A stretch of DNA of 60,137 nt from a virus (IMGVR_UViG_3300010291_000001:1-60137), one strand, 5' to 3'; shown: positions 18,197 to 27,818, counted from the stretch's first letter. Numbers and translations: made by a program. The notes: generated by a model not told the origin, from the letters alone.

Positions 18197-18880
18197 TTAT
18201 AAGGAGTATGTCATATGCGAAGAAGCGTAGTCGGCCAGATGCAGCATAATGCCGAGGTCCGATATTTTATGTTGACGAGTCGGGTTCGCCCTGATCTCGT
18301 CGCTATAGCCACCGTGGTGATACGTGATGGCGTTCAGTATTGTGTTGTCGAGGAGCAGGCCGTACTGTGCGCATATCTGCACGACCTCACCGACAGAGCT
18401 CAGTCCCTCGCGGTCAACATATGTGAACTCATCGGAAACGTCATTGGGGTCTCCGCCGTTCTTCTTTGTGTCTATTTTCTTTGACACCGTCGTCTTGCTG
18501 TCGCTCGGGAGGATGACTATCCCGAGGCTTTTTGCGTAACTCGTCTGCTTGTTGGTGGGGGGTTCGGTGTCGATGCAGTATCTGTTAAGCTTGTCGATGT
18601 CGTGTATGATTGCGGCCGTCAGGCCCTGTTCCGTTGTGAACGAATTGCATTTGAATATGCCCAGCAGGCGCTGAATGTTGGTGACTACTTCGCCGACGTG
18701 CGCCAGGTAGCCGCCGGGAAAAGCGTGGTGATATTTCACTGACGACGGCATACTGAGCATCTTCGCGCGCAGCTCGTTGTGCATGTTCAAGAGCGGCGCC
18801 TGGCGCTCAGGCGGCAACGTTTTTATCGTTTTAATTATCAATTCATACCAATCCTCTGGGGGAAGTCCCGGTTCTTGCAC
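18197..18880 (-). CDS. HD-domain phosphohydrolase (YhaM/Cbf1-like)
   Basis: YHHAFPGGYLAH, HDIDK, HHG, LHLAD. Confidence 0.85.
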   Translation of the reverse strand: MQEPGLPPEDWYELIIKTIKTLPPERQAPLLNMHNELRAKMLSMPSSVKYHHAFPGGYLAHVGEVVTNIQRLLGIFKCNSFTTEQGLTAAIIHDIDKLNRYCIDTEPPTNKQTSYAKSLGIVILPSDSKTTVSKKIDTKKNGGDPNDVSDEFTYVDREGLSSVGEVVQICAQYGLLLDNTILNAITYHHGGYSDEIRANPTRQHKISDLGIMLHLADYASSHMTYSL

Positions 18881-18907
18881 GTTCTGTCCTTTCTTGCTGG
18901 AGCATGA

Positions 18908-19282
18908 CTAATCTGTTTCCGGGGGCATGTAGTTGCCTTTTTGGCGGTCCTCAAGCTCACCGATCTTTGATTTGTTCCAGTTCGATGCATTGGAATAGTA
19001 TCCGACGACCCGCGTAAATGTATACAGCACCGGGTGTTCCACGCGATCATTCAAGATCGCCATGAGGGTGCTTGAGCCGCTTTCGTCCAGATTCCGCAGG
19101 ATGTCCAGTGGCACCCGGTAACACGTTCGTTCGGTTTGTATATCGAGATATTCGTCTCCCGGCCCGAATTTCACCATGCCCTTTCCGGCCCTCTCCAGAA
19201 TAAGCTCACGGAGCTTGTTCCAATTGGGTGACGTTGGTTTTGGGTGGGTTATCGGAACGGTCTCTACCTGTATATTCGACAT
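18908..19282 (-). CDS. Stand-alone NrdD-type glycyl-radical C-terminal domain protein
   Basis: TRVVGYYSNASNWNKSKIGELEDR; only about 124 aa; AGGAGG RBS. Confidence 0.75.
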   Translation of the reverse strand: MSNIQVETVPITHPKPTSPNWNKLRELILERAGKGMVKFGPGDEYLDIQTERTCYRVPLDILRNLDESGSSTLMAILNDRVEHPVLYTFTRVVGYYSNASNWNKSKIGELEDRQKGNYMPPETD

Positions 19283-19331
19283 GGAATCCTCCTGGGCTAC
19301 CAAAAGTATACGACGAGCCGAAACGTTACGG

Positions 19332-20108
19332 CTAAACCTGAACGTTCAGGAGCTGCTGATATATTCCCTTGGCTTTCCTGGTAGTCTTTGCCACTGCGAG
19401 GTTTAGCTCGCCTTTTTTGATGTCGACAACGTCGACCAGGTCGTGTTCGGGAATTGAACGAAGCCGGGCCGCCACCACAATTTTTTCAAAATCGGTCAAC
19501 CGCTTCATGATATCGTCGCGGCTGATCCCGGGCCCGCCGAACGGATCATACGCTATATTGTGCGTGTTCTCGGTGGCGGGGATCTGGTGCAGCGGCACCA
19601 GCTGCATACCCATGCTCGCGATGAGCGTTTCGGCCAGGGCGGTGGAGCATTTCAGTGTCTCGGCGAGCTCTTCCGCGGTCGGCTGCCTGTGCAGTTTGTC
19701 CGTAAGAATTTTGAACTGCCTTGCCGCCGAACCCTGTATCCTTTTATTTACGGGTCGCGGCTCGTTGTTCTGCAGAAAGGACAATATGGCCTGTCTGATC
19801 CACCAGGTGGCGAAGGAGTTGAACCGGACCCCCATGTCCGGGTCGTACTGTTCGGCGGCTTTCATCAGGCCGACGTTGCCCTCTGCCACAATATCGTCGA
19901 AGTCGGGGTGGTTGTCGGCTATTCTTCTGGCTATCGTTATGACTAGCCTGAGGTTGCCTTCGACGATTTTATGGAGTATCGCAACCTCCCCGGTCACACG
20001 GAACTCGCGCGACAGCTCCCTGGTCTGCTTGTCTTTCAGGGACTTTATGTGCCTGAGAGACCTGTAATATTCCCTGCCTATCAGCTCCCTACCGCGGAAA
20101 TGTTTCAT
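19332..20108 (-). CDS. RNA polymerase sigma factor (RpoD/RpoS-like region 2, degenerate region 4)
   Basis: NLRLVITIARR, EGNVGLMKAAEQYDP..G.RF..FATWWIRQAI, R.PTAEELA. Confidence 0.9.
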   Translation of the reverse strand: MKHFRGRELIGREYYRSLRHIKSLKDKQTRELSREFRVTGEVAILHKIVEGNLRLVITIARRIADNHPDFDDIVAEGNVGLMKAAEQYDPDMGVRFNSFATWWIRQAILSFLQNNEPRPVNKRIQGSAARQFKILTDKLHRQPTAEELAETLKCSTALAETLIASMGMQLVPLHQIPATENTHNIAYDPFGGPGISRDDIMKRLTDFEKIVVAARLRSIPEHDLVDVVDIKKGELNLAVAKTTRKAKGIYQQLLNVQV

Positions 20109-20451
20109 TAAATTGCTCTTCTATTTGTATTTCGGTGGGCTCTTCGTTGTGGGCCTTGGAGGTGGCCTTATGCTCCTCGGGGCCGGGAGACGTCTCGCGG
20201 CACGCCACCATCTTCGTCACCTGTGGCTCCGCCGGCGCCTCTTCCAGCATGTACCCCGCACCGCGGACGGTCTTCAGCTTGTAGCCGGCGTTCCGCAGTA
20301 TGGCTATGTACACGTGCAGGGAGCCGATCGTAAGCGTCTTGCTCGTGGTCTGTGCCACGTAATCCTGTATCTCCTCAACACTTACGACAAGCCCTATGTT
20401 GCTTCTCAGAAACTCGATCATCGCCGCTTTTCTCGACTTTGCCTTCTTCAT
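20089..20451 (-). CDS. Winged-helix DNA-binding protein (OmpR C-terminal-like)
   Basis: SLHVYIAILR....LKTVRGAGYML. Confidence 0.7.
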   Translation of the reverse strand: MKKAKSRKAAMIEFLRSNIGLVVSVEEIQDYVAQTTSKTLTIGSLHVYIAILRNAGYKLKTVRGAGYMLEEAPAEPQVTKMVACRETSPGPEEHKATSKAHNEEPTEIQIEEQFNETFPR

Positions 20452-20452
20452 T

Positions 20453-20728
20453 TTACCTCTCCTTGGGTTTGTAGGTTAATATCGGTTCGGATATGGTCCT
20501 TGCATATATTCTAACAGCTTTTGTGTCTTTGTCAAGTTTAATTGTCCCCGTTATTTCCAAGTCTTTGTTATAGTAGAACTTCAGTCCCTCTGCTATTGCC
20601 GCTATCTCGTCCTTGTCGTCGGCCCAGTAAACCACGTTAAACGTGCCTTCCGGGGCCGAGATGACGAGCTCCACGGTTTTTGTTCTTGGGGTTGCTCTTA
20701 TTAGCCTCCCCAGCAGTCTGTACTTCAT
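20453..20728 (-). CDS. Small OB-fold-like protein
   Basis: Beta-rich pattern (VVYW...LEITGTI); AAGGA RBS. Confidence 0.5.
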   Translation of the reverse strand: MKYRLLGRLIRATPRTKTVELVISAPEGTFNVVYWADDKDEIAAIAEGLKFYYNKDLEITGTIKLDKDTKAVRIYARTISEPILTYKPKER

Positions 20729-20769
20729 GGCGGTTTCCTTTCGTAGTGAACGTAATTCTTGGTTAGGTA

Positions 20770-20779
20770 TTATAATTTT
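20770..20779 (+). promoter_or_regulatory. Class B (late) promoter motif
   Basis: TTATAATTTT upstream of the head operon. Confidence 0.7.
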
Positions 20780-20802
20780 ACAAGAAGACATAGGAGCTCA
20801 AG

Positions 20803-21564
20803 ATGCTTGACTTAGACGAAATAGTAAGCAAGATTATGTCGAGGGCCGCCGATGGCGTACCGCTTGAGCGCGCCATAGTCGACGAGGCCGTCGATAACAA
20901 GCTTGGTGCCGGGGGCGTACAGGCGCTTACGCACAGCGTAAACAAGCTCAGGGTCTGGCAGGCACTAAGCAAAGAAGCTTCTCCTATGGTCAAGCCGGTC
21001 AAGATGATGCAGGTGATCAATGAAATAAAAAAGACCATGAACCACAATACCAAGGTCGCAGCCGCACTTGATAAAGAGGTGGATCGGCACTCTTTTATAA
21101 CGCAAAATGTCCAAAATTTTCTGGCGTCTGACGCGGACATTCAAAAGACAGTCGACAGGAAAGCCGAAGAGCACCGGGCGCTTGTGGGCAGGACGATAAA
21201 TGCCGAGGCGCTGAAAACCGCCTCGGAAATCAAGAACGCCCTGAAGGAAGAGGTCTTCGGGTTCAATGAAGCAATAAAGGAGTTTGGGCATCTCGTTCGT
21301 GCGAGGGTGTACACGAACAAGACAGCCGGAGCGCTTATTTCGGCAATCAACGAGAAGGGCGGCGACATAGGCCCTGTTCTTGTAAAGGTGGCCGAGGGCA
21401 ACCTGCCCATTCACGTCAAGGCCGGTTCGCCGGGACTCGAAGACGGGGAAATGATCAACTGGAAAGACCCCCTGCCCGCGCAGCTGCTTGAAATTACGGA
21501 GCGTTACGACAGGATAAAGGCTCTTCGGGGCAAGCTACAGCTAATTAAGGACAAAGTAAAATGA
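20803..21564 (+). CDS. Putative head morphogenesis/internal protein
   Basis: AGGAG RBS; KEAS, KVAA, KTAS, KTAG and KVAE motifs. Confidence 0.55.
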   Translation: MLDLDEIVSKIMSRAADGVPLERAIVDEAVDNKLGAGGVQALTHSVNKLRVWQALSKEASPMVKPVKMMQVINEIKKTMNHNTKVAAALDKEVDRHSFITQNVQNFLASDADIQKTVDRKAEEHRALVGRTINAEALKTASEIKNALKEEVFGFNEAIKEFGHLVRARVYTNKTAGALISAINEKGGDIGPVLVKVAEGNLPIHVKAGSPGLEDGEMINWKDPLPAQLLEITERYDRIKALRGKLQLIKDKVK

Positions 21565-21932
21565 AAATAGACAAGGCCCTGTTGTTTAAGGTCGCGAGGG
21601 CGAGAGAAGACATATATAAGCGGGCCTTCTCCCTGGGGGCCGCCAAGGCGGTTGGCAGGGCCGGGCTTTGGGGCGCGAGAAAGTGGCTTGGCGGAATCGT
21701 AAAGCCTGTCCTGAAACCGATTACCGGCTGGGGGTGGAGCTCCGCGAAAGCGGTTGTCAGTCCCAAGTCGACTATTGGGGGCAGGATTTGGGGCGGGCTC
21801 GGCGCCCTTGCGGCCGGCGGCGCGCTTAAAGAGCTGGCGCCTCCGCTTGTCACGGCTCCGGCCTGGGTTCCATACAACATACTAAAAGCAAAATACGGGC
21901 GTATGCCCATTCCAACGGTAAGGGCTTTCTGA
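21561..21932 (+). CDS. Basic Gly/Trp-rich small protein
   Basis: ATGA coupling; amphipathic segments after KRAF. Confidence 0.55.
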   Translation: MKIDKALLFKVARAREDIYKRAFSLGAAKAVGRAGLWGARKWLGGIVKPVLKPITGWGWSSAKAVVSPKSTIGGRIWGGLGALAAGGALKELAPPLVTAPAWVPYNILKAKYGRMPIPTVRAF

Positions 21933-22648
21933 TGGAAAAGGATACTTGTCAGGGGATAATCGAGAAGCTGGCCGGCGATAAAGGCGTTACGGTCGATCAG
22001 GCCGGGCCGTTTCTCAAAAAGCTCGTTGATAAAATAAAGGCCGCTGAAAGCCGGCCAGTTAACCATGAGGCTGAGATGTATAAAGCCGCAGACGCGGACG
22101 AGCTGGCCGCTCACTGCATAGCGGCGGTCCGTGAGGAGCTCATGAAGTACGGGGACGTTTATAAAGACGCCGGCCCCGGCTCCAAGATTGGAGCATGGCT
22201 GAAACCCACCGCCCCGATGCTTGCGGCAATAGGCGTAACATTGGGGGTCGGTGAGCTCAGGAACCTGTTGCGCAGCGTACACAGCAGCAAGAAAGTGGAA
22301 AGAAGCCGCGAGTGGCTTAAGCGGAACGACCCGGAGCTGGCAAAAGACCCCAAGTTTAACTTTTATTTCAATACGCTGAAAGACTTCGCTCCGCACGTGG
22401 CAGCCAACCCACTGTCCGCGATACCCATTCTTCAGGAAATGAAGGAGTGGGGCTATGTCGGCCAGAACACGATAAACGCCATTACCAAAATAGAGCAGAC
22501 GCTCGGCGGCATAGAAAAACAGGAACACGAGGCCGGCAGGGCCTTTGAAGAGGCGGCAGCGAAGAGAATGCAGTTAATGGGAAGCATCGGCGAGCTGTTC
22601 GGCGAGCCCGGCGCCGGACCCAGCGCGGGAGGTGGGGGGACTTCGTGA
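21932..22648 (+). CDS. Putative virion protein with a hydrophobic helix
   Basis: Coupled ORF; KLAG; ...F.TLKDFAPHVAANPL.A. Confidence 0.55.
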   Translation: MEKDTCQGIIEKLAGDKGVTVDQAGPFLKKLVDKIKAAESRPVNHEAEMYKAADADELAAHCIAAVREELMKYGDVYKDAGPGSKIGAWLKPTAPMLAAIGVTLGVGELRNLLRSVHSSKKVERSREWLKRNDPELAKDPKFNFYFNTLKDFAPHVAANPLSAIPILQEMKEWGYVGQNTINAITKIEQTLGGIEKQEHEAGRAFEEAAAKRMQLMGSIGELFGEPGAGPSAGGGGTS

Positions 22649-24894
22649 GCGACATTATAAAAGAAATATCGCTTGACGTTATCAGCAAGCTCGCCGATGA
22701 TACAGCCGCCAAAGAGGTCGTCAGTCCGTATATCCCCGACGACGTCAAGAAGTATATAGAAGAAAACCGCCAGGCGTGGAAGGCCGACGACAAGCATATA
22801 TATCTTCTTGTCGTGGCGCTCAGCGCGTCCGACTTCTTTGGACCCAACACGAGGGGTGACTATTTCCCCGAAAGCGCCCTTCTCGGCATACAGCACGACT
22901 GGGAGGCAAAAAGGTACAATCCGAAGGGCAAGAAGGACACGCGGGTCCCCAGGTACAAGACGTTCGAGTGGGCGAAGGTTTACCGAGACCACAACCAGAA
23001 CCAGCCCATAGGCGACGTTCTCAAGGCGTTCTGGGATGATGACTGCAAAAGAGTGCTCTGCGTGGTCAGGGTAAGTAAGGATCTCGCCCCCGATGTTGAG
23101 CAGATGATAGCCTCCGGTATGAGGCCGGCCTTCAGTATGGGACTGAAAGAACCGTTCGACTTCTGCCTTCACCCCGATATGCCGGTTTTTACGCAGGCGG
23201 GCTGGAGGAAGATAAAAGAAGTCAAGGTAGACGACTACGTATTTACCAGCTCCCGCGCCTTCAAGCGCGTAAAAGGCGTGTCGTCGAGCTTTCCCGAAGA
23301 GAGGGTTTCCATTTCCACCTCGCTTATGCCGGATCTTGTCGTGTCGCCTAACCATTTTATATTCATTGAGGGTGAATCCGGCCTCGTAAAGCGCCCGGCG
23401 TGTCAGCTTAATATAGGCGATAAGATGGTTATACCGCTTTACGCCGGATGCGAAGATGACGACGTAAACAGCAATAATGTTATACTATCGTCCATGTTCA
23501 GGCGGGACAGTGGGGCATCAAAGGAAAAATACCTGGGAGAGGCGATAGGCCTTTTATTTAACGGCAAGTGGGCCGTGCGCGGCAAGTGGTACAGCATCAG
23601 CGCGCTGGGCCTGGCCGACGCCGAGGGCCTGTTGAACGCTTTCTGGTCTCTTGGAATACCTGCAAGGCTTGATAGTCACAAGCTGTTTGTGTATACGCCG
23701 GGGCTCGTCTATAGCCTTCTGGGCTGTGACGACTACATTGTCGAGCCAAAGGATATAGATGGCCTTGGCGTGTACTTTAATGGAACGCACATTGTTGTCC
23801 CCATAACCGAGATCAGGCGCAGCGCGAACGACGAGGAGTTTTTCGATCTTACTGTCGAGGAAGACGAAAACTATCTTTCGTATTTTCTTGTAAGTAATTG
23901 CTCTATATGTGGTTACAAGAGAACCCCCGGCGATGTCGGTTGCCTGCATACGCGCCTGTCCCTGAACGAGTTTGACGAACATACCCGCAAGAAGATATAT
24001 CGCATTAACAAGGTCTTCTTCTTTCATGACCTTTCAGTTGTTGGGCAGAACCCGGCGGATAAAACCGCATGGGGTCTTTTGAAGGTTGCCTCAGAGAAAG
24101 CCATACGGTCGGGATCTACCTCGCAAAACATAGAGAAAACAGTCTTCAAAAGGCACCCGGCCACCGTAATAGAACCGGACAGCCCGTCCGGTAAGGTATT
24201 CATGCGGGTGCAGATGTTGTCGGGGTCCGAGCGCCCGTTTAACGACAGCGTTCTTTCCGCGCTTGCCAAACGGGGCCCGGACGCGGTGTTTTCAGCCCTT
24301 ATGAAGCTGGGCATGGTTCTGTCGCCTTCTGAATATTACAAATATAGGCTTGCCGGCGGCGATAAGCTGGAGTCCCCGCCCGCCCCTCCGTCCGATGTCG
24401 CCATGGACAGTGTTATGCCGGTCCTGGAGCCGATGATGTCCGAGAGGTCCTGTCTGTATGAGCCAATGAGGGCCAGGATAATCCGAATGATAATTATCGG
24501 GAAAAGACCTGACCCTCTGCCGGACGCAAGCAAGGTCGGATCCGAATATCTGTCATACCGCGACAGCGTGAACGCCATAGTGCTGAACAAAGAGGCCTCG
24601 GCTGCAAGCGTCATATTGCCCGCGGCGGGCTTTTTTGCTCCGTATTACCTGTCGGCCCATTACCGCAGGAGGGCGTTCGAGGGATATCCGCAGGGGATGA
24701 TAGCGCGGGCGGTATCAAGATACGCCCTTCCTCTTGCTGTTGCCGGAGCGATAGGCGCTCCCCTGGCCGCACAAAAGGGCAAGGCCTGGGTAAAGGCCCT
24801 GTACCGCGGGCTCTCGAAAGCCAAGGTTGCCGGCGGCGACGAAAACATGATTATAGCTGATTTGCTTGCTGATTATGAGGTTGCGTTGAATTAA
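22645..24894 (+). CDS. Prohead-protease-like protein containing an intein
   Basis: GPN.RGDYF, YRDH.N, FSMG...FDF|CSICG...C.H, F.DLSVV..PADKTA; lies upstream of scaffold and capsid genes. Confidence 0.7.
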   Translation: MSDIIKEISLDVISKLADDTAAKEVVSPYIPDDVKKYIEENRQAWKADDKHIYLLVVALSASDFFGPNTRGDYFPESALLGIQHDWEAKRYNPKGKKDTRVPRYKTFEWAKVYRDHNQNQPIGDVLKAFWDDDCKRVLCVVRVSKDLAPDVEQMIASGMRPAFSMGLKEPFDFCLHPDMPVFTQAGWRKIKEVKVDDYVFTSSRAFKRVKGVSSSFPEERVSISTSLMPDLVVSPNHFIFIEGESGLVKRPACQLNIGDKMVIPLYAGCEDDDVNSNNVILSSMFRRDSGASKEKYLGEAIGLLFNGKWAVRGKWYSISALGLADAEGLLNAFWSLGIPARLDSHKLFVYTPGLVYSLLGCDDYIVEPKDIDGLGVYFNGTHIVVPITEIRRSANDEEFFDLTVEEDENYLSYFLVSNCSICGYKRTPGDVGCLHTRLSLNEFDEHTRKKIYRINKVFFFHDLSVVGQNPADKTAWGLLKVASEKAIRSGSTSQNIEKTVFKRHPATVIEPDSPSGKVFMRVQMLSGSERPFNDSVLSALAKRGPDAVFSALMKLGMVLSPSEYYKYRLAGGDKLESPPAPPSDVAMDSVMPVLEPMMSERSCLYEPMRARIIRMIIIGKRPDPLPDASKVGSEYLSYRDSVNAIVLNKEASAASVILPAAGFFAPYYLSAHYRRRAFEGYPQGMIARAVSRYALPLAVAGAIGAPLAAQKGKAWVKALYRGLSKAKVAGGDENMIIADLLADYEVALN
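23164..23898 (+). mobile_element. Intein (245 aa) with a degenerate LAGLIDADG remnant
   Basis: Starts CLHPDMPVFT..G..KIKEVKVDD.V, block B SPNH, block F FDLTVEEDENY, ends VSN before Cys+1. Confidence 0.88.
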
Positions 24895-24920
24895 CATTCA
24901 CAGAAAATTCGGGATTAAAC

Positions 24921-24930
24921 TTATAATTTT
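24921..24930 (+). promoter_or_regulatory. Class B (late) promoter motif
   Basis: TTATAATTTT upstream of the scaffold/capsid genes. Confidence 0.7.
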
Positions 24931-24966
24931 TTAGAGACCAGGGGCTTTTTTAGAAGGAGATAAGCA

Positions 24967-25668
24967 ATGAGTAACAATCTCAACGAGCTACTCAAGCAGG
25001 CGTTCGGTGAGGGCGATGGAGCTCAAGACGAACTGTCCAAGCTGCTCGCGGAGCTGAGCTCCGAGACCAGCGATGGGGATGACGAGGGAAAGGACGAAGA
25101 GGAAAAGAAGGCCGACGAGAAGAAGGAAGGCGAAGAGGGCGCCGACAAGAAGAAAGATGACGAGAAGAAAGCCGACGATGACGACGAGACCAGCATTGAG
25201 GAAATAGTCGGCGTTGAAAAAGAAGAGAAGAAGGAAGATGAGAAGAAAGCCGATGACGGCGAAAAGAAAAGCGAGGAAGAGTTTGACGTGAAGAAGTGGG
25301 CGAGCGAGCTTTCCGATGAGGACAAGCAGCTGCTCGCAAGCGCGCTTGAGACGTTGAAGGACGTTGTCGGCGAAGAGCAGTACAAGGCTCTTCCCGATGA
25401 AGAGAAGGTGGCTGGTGCGCAGGACCTGATTTACAAGGCGGCTTTTGTGGCCGAAAACATCGAGTCCGTCCGCGAGGAAATCAAGGACAGGCTTGCTGCC
25501 GAAGGCAAAAAAGAGGCGTCCGGCGAGAAGGTTGATGAAGTTGCAGTCGAATACCTTCTGAAGATAGCCATGGACGAGGACGCCGAGGCTGAACAGGCCA
25601 CGACTACCGGCTACTGGATGGGCCTTGGCTTCCGTGCCGCCCTGGAAGAAGCTGAAAGCAAGAAATAA
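24967..25668 (+). CDS. Acidic scaffold-like protein
   Basis: D/E/K-rich with repeated EKKADD; between protease and capsid genes. Confidence 0.6.
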   Translation: MSNNLNELLKQAFGEGDGAQDELSKLLAELSSETSDGDDEGKDEEEKKADEKKEGEEGADKKKDDEKKADDDDETSIEEIVGVEKEEKKEDEKKADDGEKKSEEEFDVKKWASELSDEDKQLLASALETLKDVVGEEQYKALPDEEKVAGAQDLIYKAAFVAENIESVREEIKDRLAAEGKKEASGEKVDEVAVEYLLKIAMDEDAEAEQATTTGYWMGLGFRAALEEAESKK

Positions 25669-25669
25669 C

Positions 25670-25834
25670 ATGAGCGACGCTGTCAACACACGCGTGTGTC
25701 AGCGCATTGAGCGGCTCTTTGAAAAAGCGAAGCAGATAAGCAAGGTGAAGTTCGGCTCTGAGGAACCATTCGCTTCCGCCCTGAAGAAGCAGCACGACAA
25801 GGTCATGGCGGAACGGCCGAAGAAGCGGGGGTAA
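25670..25834 (+). CDS. Small basic protein
   Basis: MSDAVNTRVCQRIERLFEKAKQ..., packed within the operon. Confidence 0.5.
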   Translation: MSDAVNTRVCQRIERLFEKAKQISKVKFGSEEPFASALKKQHDKVMAERPKKRG

Positions 25835-25836
25835 CC

Positions 25837-26103
25837 ATGTCCCTTGAGGCTCTTCCGTGGGCAGGGGCCAAGGCTCTGCGCGGCGGGATGATGGGGCTTG
25901 CTTATCACACTGCCATGAGGCCGTCCGGAACGCCGCTGGACTGGAGACATGCGCTTACTCGAGGGTTGGGTGCCGGTGTGTTGTTAAGCGCTGCCGGTGG
26001 CGCATGGGATGTCTTGGCGTCCAGGGCGATCTCGAGCGTGATGAAGAGCCCGGCGTTTATAAGGGCGGCAAAAGGACTCCGCAGAGTAGTGAGAATGAGG
26101 TAG
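25837..26103 (+). CDS. Small Gly/Ala-rich basic membrane-type protein
   Basis: GLGAGVLLSAAGGA; C-terminal AKGLRRVVRMR. Confidence 0.55.
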   Translation: MSLEALPWAGAKALRGGMMGLAYHTAMRPSGTPLDWRHALTRGLGAGVLLSAAGGAWDVLASRAISSVMKSPAFIRAAKGLRRVVRMR

Positions 26104-26106
26104 GAT

Positions 26107-26421
26107 ATGGCCATGAATAAAAGGGCTGTGATAGAAAACGCCATTTCCGCAATCGATCAGCTTAAAGCCGTCGCCAAAACGGCGGTCGAAGAAAACGAAA
26201 GGCTGAAAGTCGCAGCCGATGCCGTAAGGGCCGGGGTTGCCCACCATACGGCATTTTGGGACGTAGTTGAAAGCCTGACGGACGAAGCCAAGATGGACGC
26301 CGTAAGACGAGAAGTGGATAAAAGGGCTTCCGATGAGATGAGCCTTATTGAGTTCTCGTCCAGTCCGTGGATGTCGGGCAGCGGGTTTGACCTCAACACG
26401 TTTATTAAGTTCAGGATGTGA
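26107..26421 (+). CDS. Small coiled-coil/scaffold-like protein
   Basis: KRAV, KVAA, KRAS; located in the head module. Confidence 0.55.
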   Translation: MAMNKRAVIENAISAIDQLKAVAKTAVEENERLKVAADAVRAGVAHHTAFWDVVESLTDEAKMDAVRREVDKRASDEMSLIEFSSSPWMSGSGFDLNTFIKFRM

Positions 26422-26870
26422 AAATGGCCCTAATACGGCAAATGTGGAAAGTGTATACGCAGTCACTGCCCTCCAGTGTGCAGAAATTTGACGCCATCCC
26501 GGGCAGCGGCGTGACGGTTGACGAGGGAGCCACCAGGCTTGCGCAAAAAGACGACAGGATAGCCTTTATTATAATCCCGGAGATTGAAGACGGGAAAGTT
26601 GTCAAGGGCTCAGAGTCGTCCGTGTTTGAGGGTATAGCCAGCGAGGTCAGCCTTGAGGTGTATCAGGATGACATGTATAACGAAAGCATGGCCGGCATGA
26701 GCGTCGGCACAAGGCTTACATTTACGGATGGCAAGTGGAGGAAGATCACTAATGACTTGATGCCGTGCTACTGCTTTGGCGAGGTGGTTTCCGCAACGGC
26801 GTCGGACCTTATTGTTTACTTTCGTGGAACATGCAGATCAGAACTAGTAGAACTGGAATCAGGAGTATAA
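26418..26870 (+). CDS. Putative capsid decoration-like protein
   Basis: 150 aa, beta-rich, VGTRLTF.DGKW, precedes the decoration paralogs. Confidence 0.45.
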   Translation: MKMALIRQMWKVYTQSLPSSVQKFDAIPGSGVTVDEGATRLAQKDDRIAFIIIPEIEDGKVVKGSESSVFEGIASEVSLEVYQDDMYNESMAGMSVGTRLTFTDGKWRKITNDLMPCYCFGEVVSATASDLIVYFRGTCRSELVELESGV

Positions 26871-26871
26871 C

Positions 26872-27339
26872 ATGGCGCACATAATTAGCACTGCCGGTGC
26901 TGGTTACATGACGATTAACATAAAACCGGAGTCGGTCAACGTTGATGAGGGACATGCGCTTAACCTGTCGGGCGCACTCGCGAACACTGAGCACGTCACC
27001 GCCGACACAGCCCATGCGGTGCCGGTCGGCATAGTCGTTACGCCGCTTACCGACGGCAAGTCCGCGTACGGGCGGGCCACCGGCCAGGCGGTGGAAGTTG
27101 CGTTGGGGCATGTTCTTGTCAGCATAAGCTCAGCCGACACGGAAGTCCCGGCCGACTTCAACTCCACGAACTACGCCGCAGGAAAACCGGTGGGGTTCGT
27201 TGACGGAAAGTACACGTACAGAACCACGGGCGGCAGTCCGGCCACTACTGTCAGTCGGCGCGGTGTCGTCGTGAAAGGTTACACAATTGGGACCACGTAC
27301 CACGCGTTGGTGCTTGTGGACAAGGTAAATGGATCGTAA
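26872..27339 (+). CDS. Capsid decoration/cement protein, paralog 1
   Basis: Visible paralogy with 27357-27791; upstream of the major capsid gene. Confidence 0.6.
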   Translation: MAHIISTAGAGYMTINIKPESVNVDEGHALNLSGALANTEHVTADTAHAVPVGIVVTPLTDGKSAYGRATGQAVEVALGHVLVSISSADTEVPADFNSTNYAAGKPVGFVDGKYTYRTTGGSPATTVSRRGVVVKGYTIGTTYHALVLVDKVNGS

Positions 27340-27356
27340 AGTAGAAGGAGTCAAAC

Positions 27357-27791
27357 ATGGCAAAGATACTCAATCCTCTTGACGTAGTTACAGTGAACGT
27401 TGAACCAGCCTCGGCGTACAACGCCAGTGAGGGGTGGGCGGTAAACCTGAACACTCGGGCCCTTGCGACTACGGACGGCGCCACGGTTGCGGTCGGCATT
27501 CTCATGCTCAACATCGAGGACGGGAAGCCCGCGTATGGGCAGTCGACCGGCCTCAACGCCGAGTGCGCCATAGGGCGCGCGCTTGTGCGCATTACCAGTG
27601 CTGACGTGCATAGCGCCGAAGATTTCAACACGACCAACTACGCGGTTGGGGCCGCGCTTGGTTTTACCGGTGGAAAGTATGACTATAACGCGACCAGCAA
27701 ACGGGGCGTAGTGGTCAACGTGAAGACCACGCCCGGCTCGCCCGTAACGGTCGAGTACGTCGACGTGATAGTCGACAAGGTGCTTGGATAA
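27357..27791 (+). CDS. Capsid decoration/cement protein, paralog 2
   Basis: Shared DGK.AYG..TG, DFN.TNYA.G and GF..GKY.Y. Confidence 0.6.
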   Translation: MAKILNPLDVVTVNVEPASAYNASEGWAVNLNTRALATTDGATVAVGILMLNIEDGKPAYGQSTGLNAECAIGRALVRITSADVHSAEDFNTTNYAVGAALGFTGGKYDYNATSKRGVVVNVKTTPGSPVTVEYVDVIVDKVLG

Positions 27792-27818
27792 ACCCTTTAA
27801 AGCATAGGAGGAAACACA

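Noticed and set aside
24988-25689. Hydrophobic or Ser-rich minus-strand ORFs
   Set aside because: They are antisense shadows of the low-complexity acidic scaffold gene.
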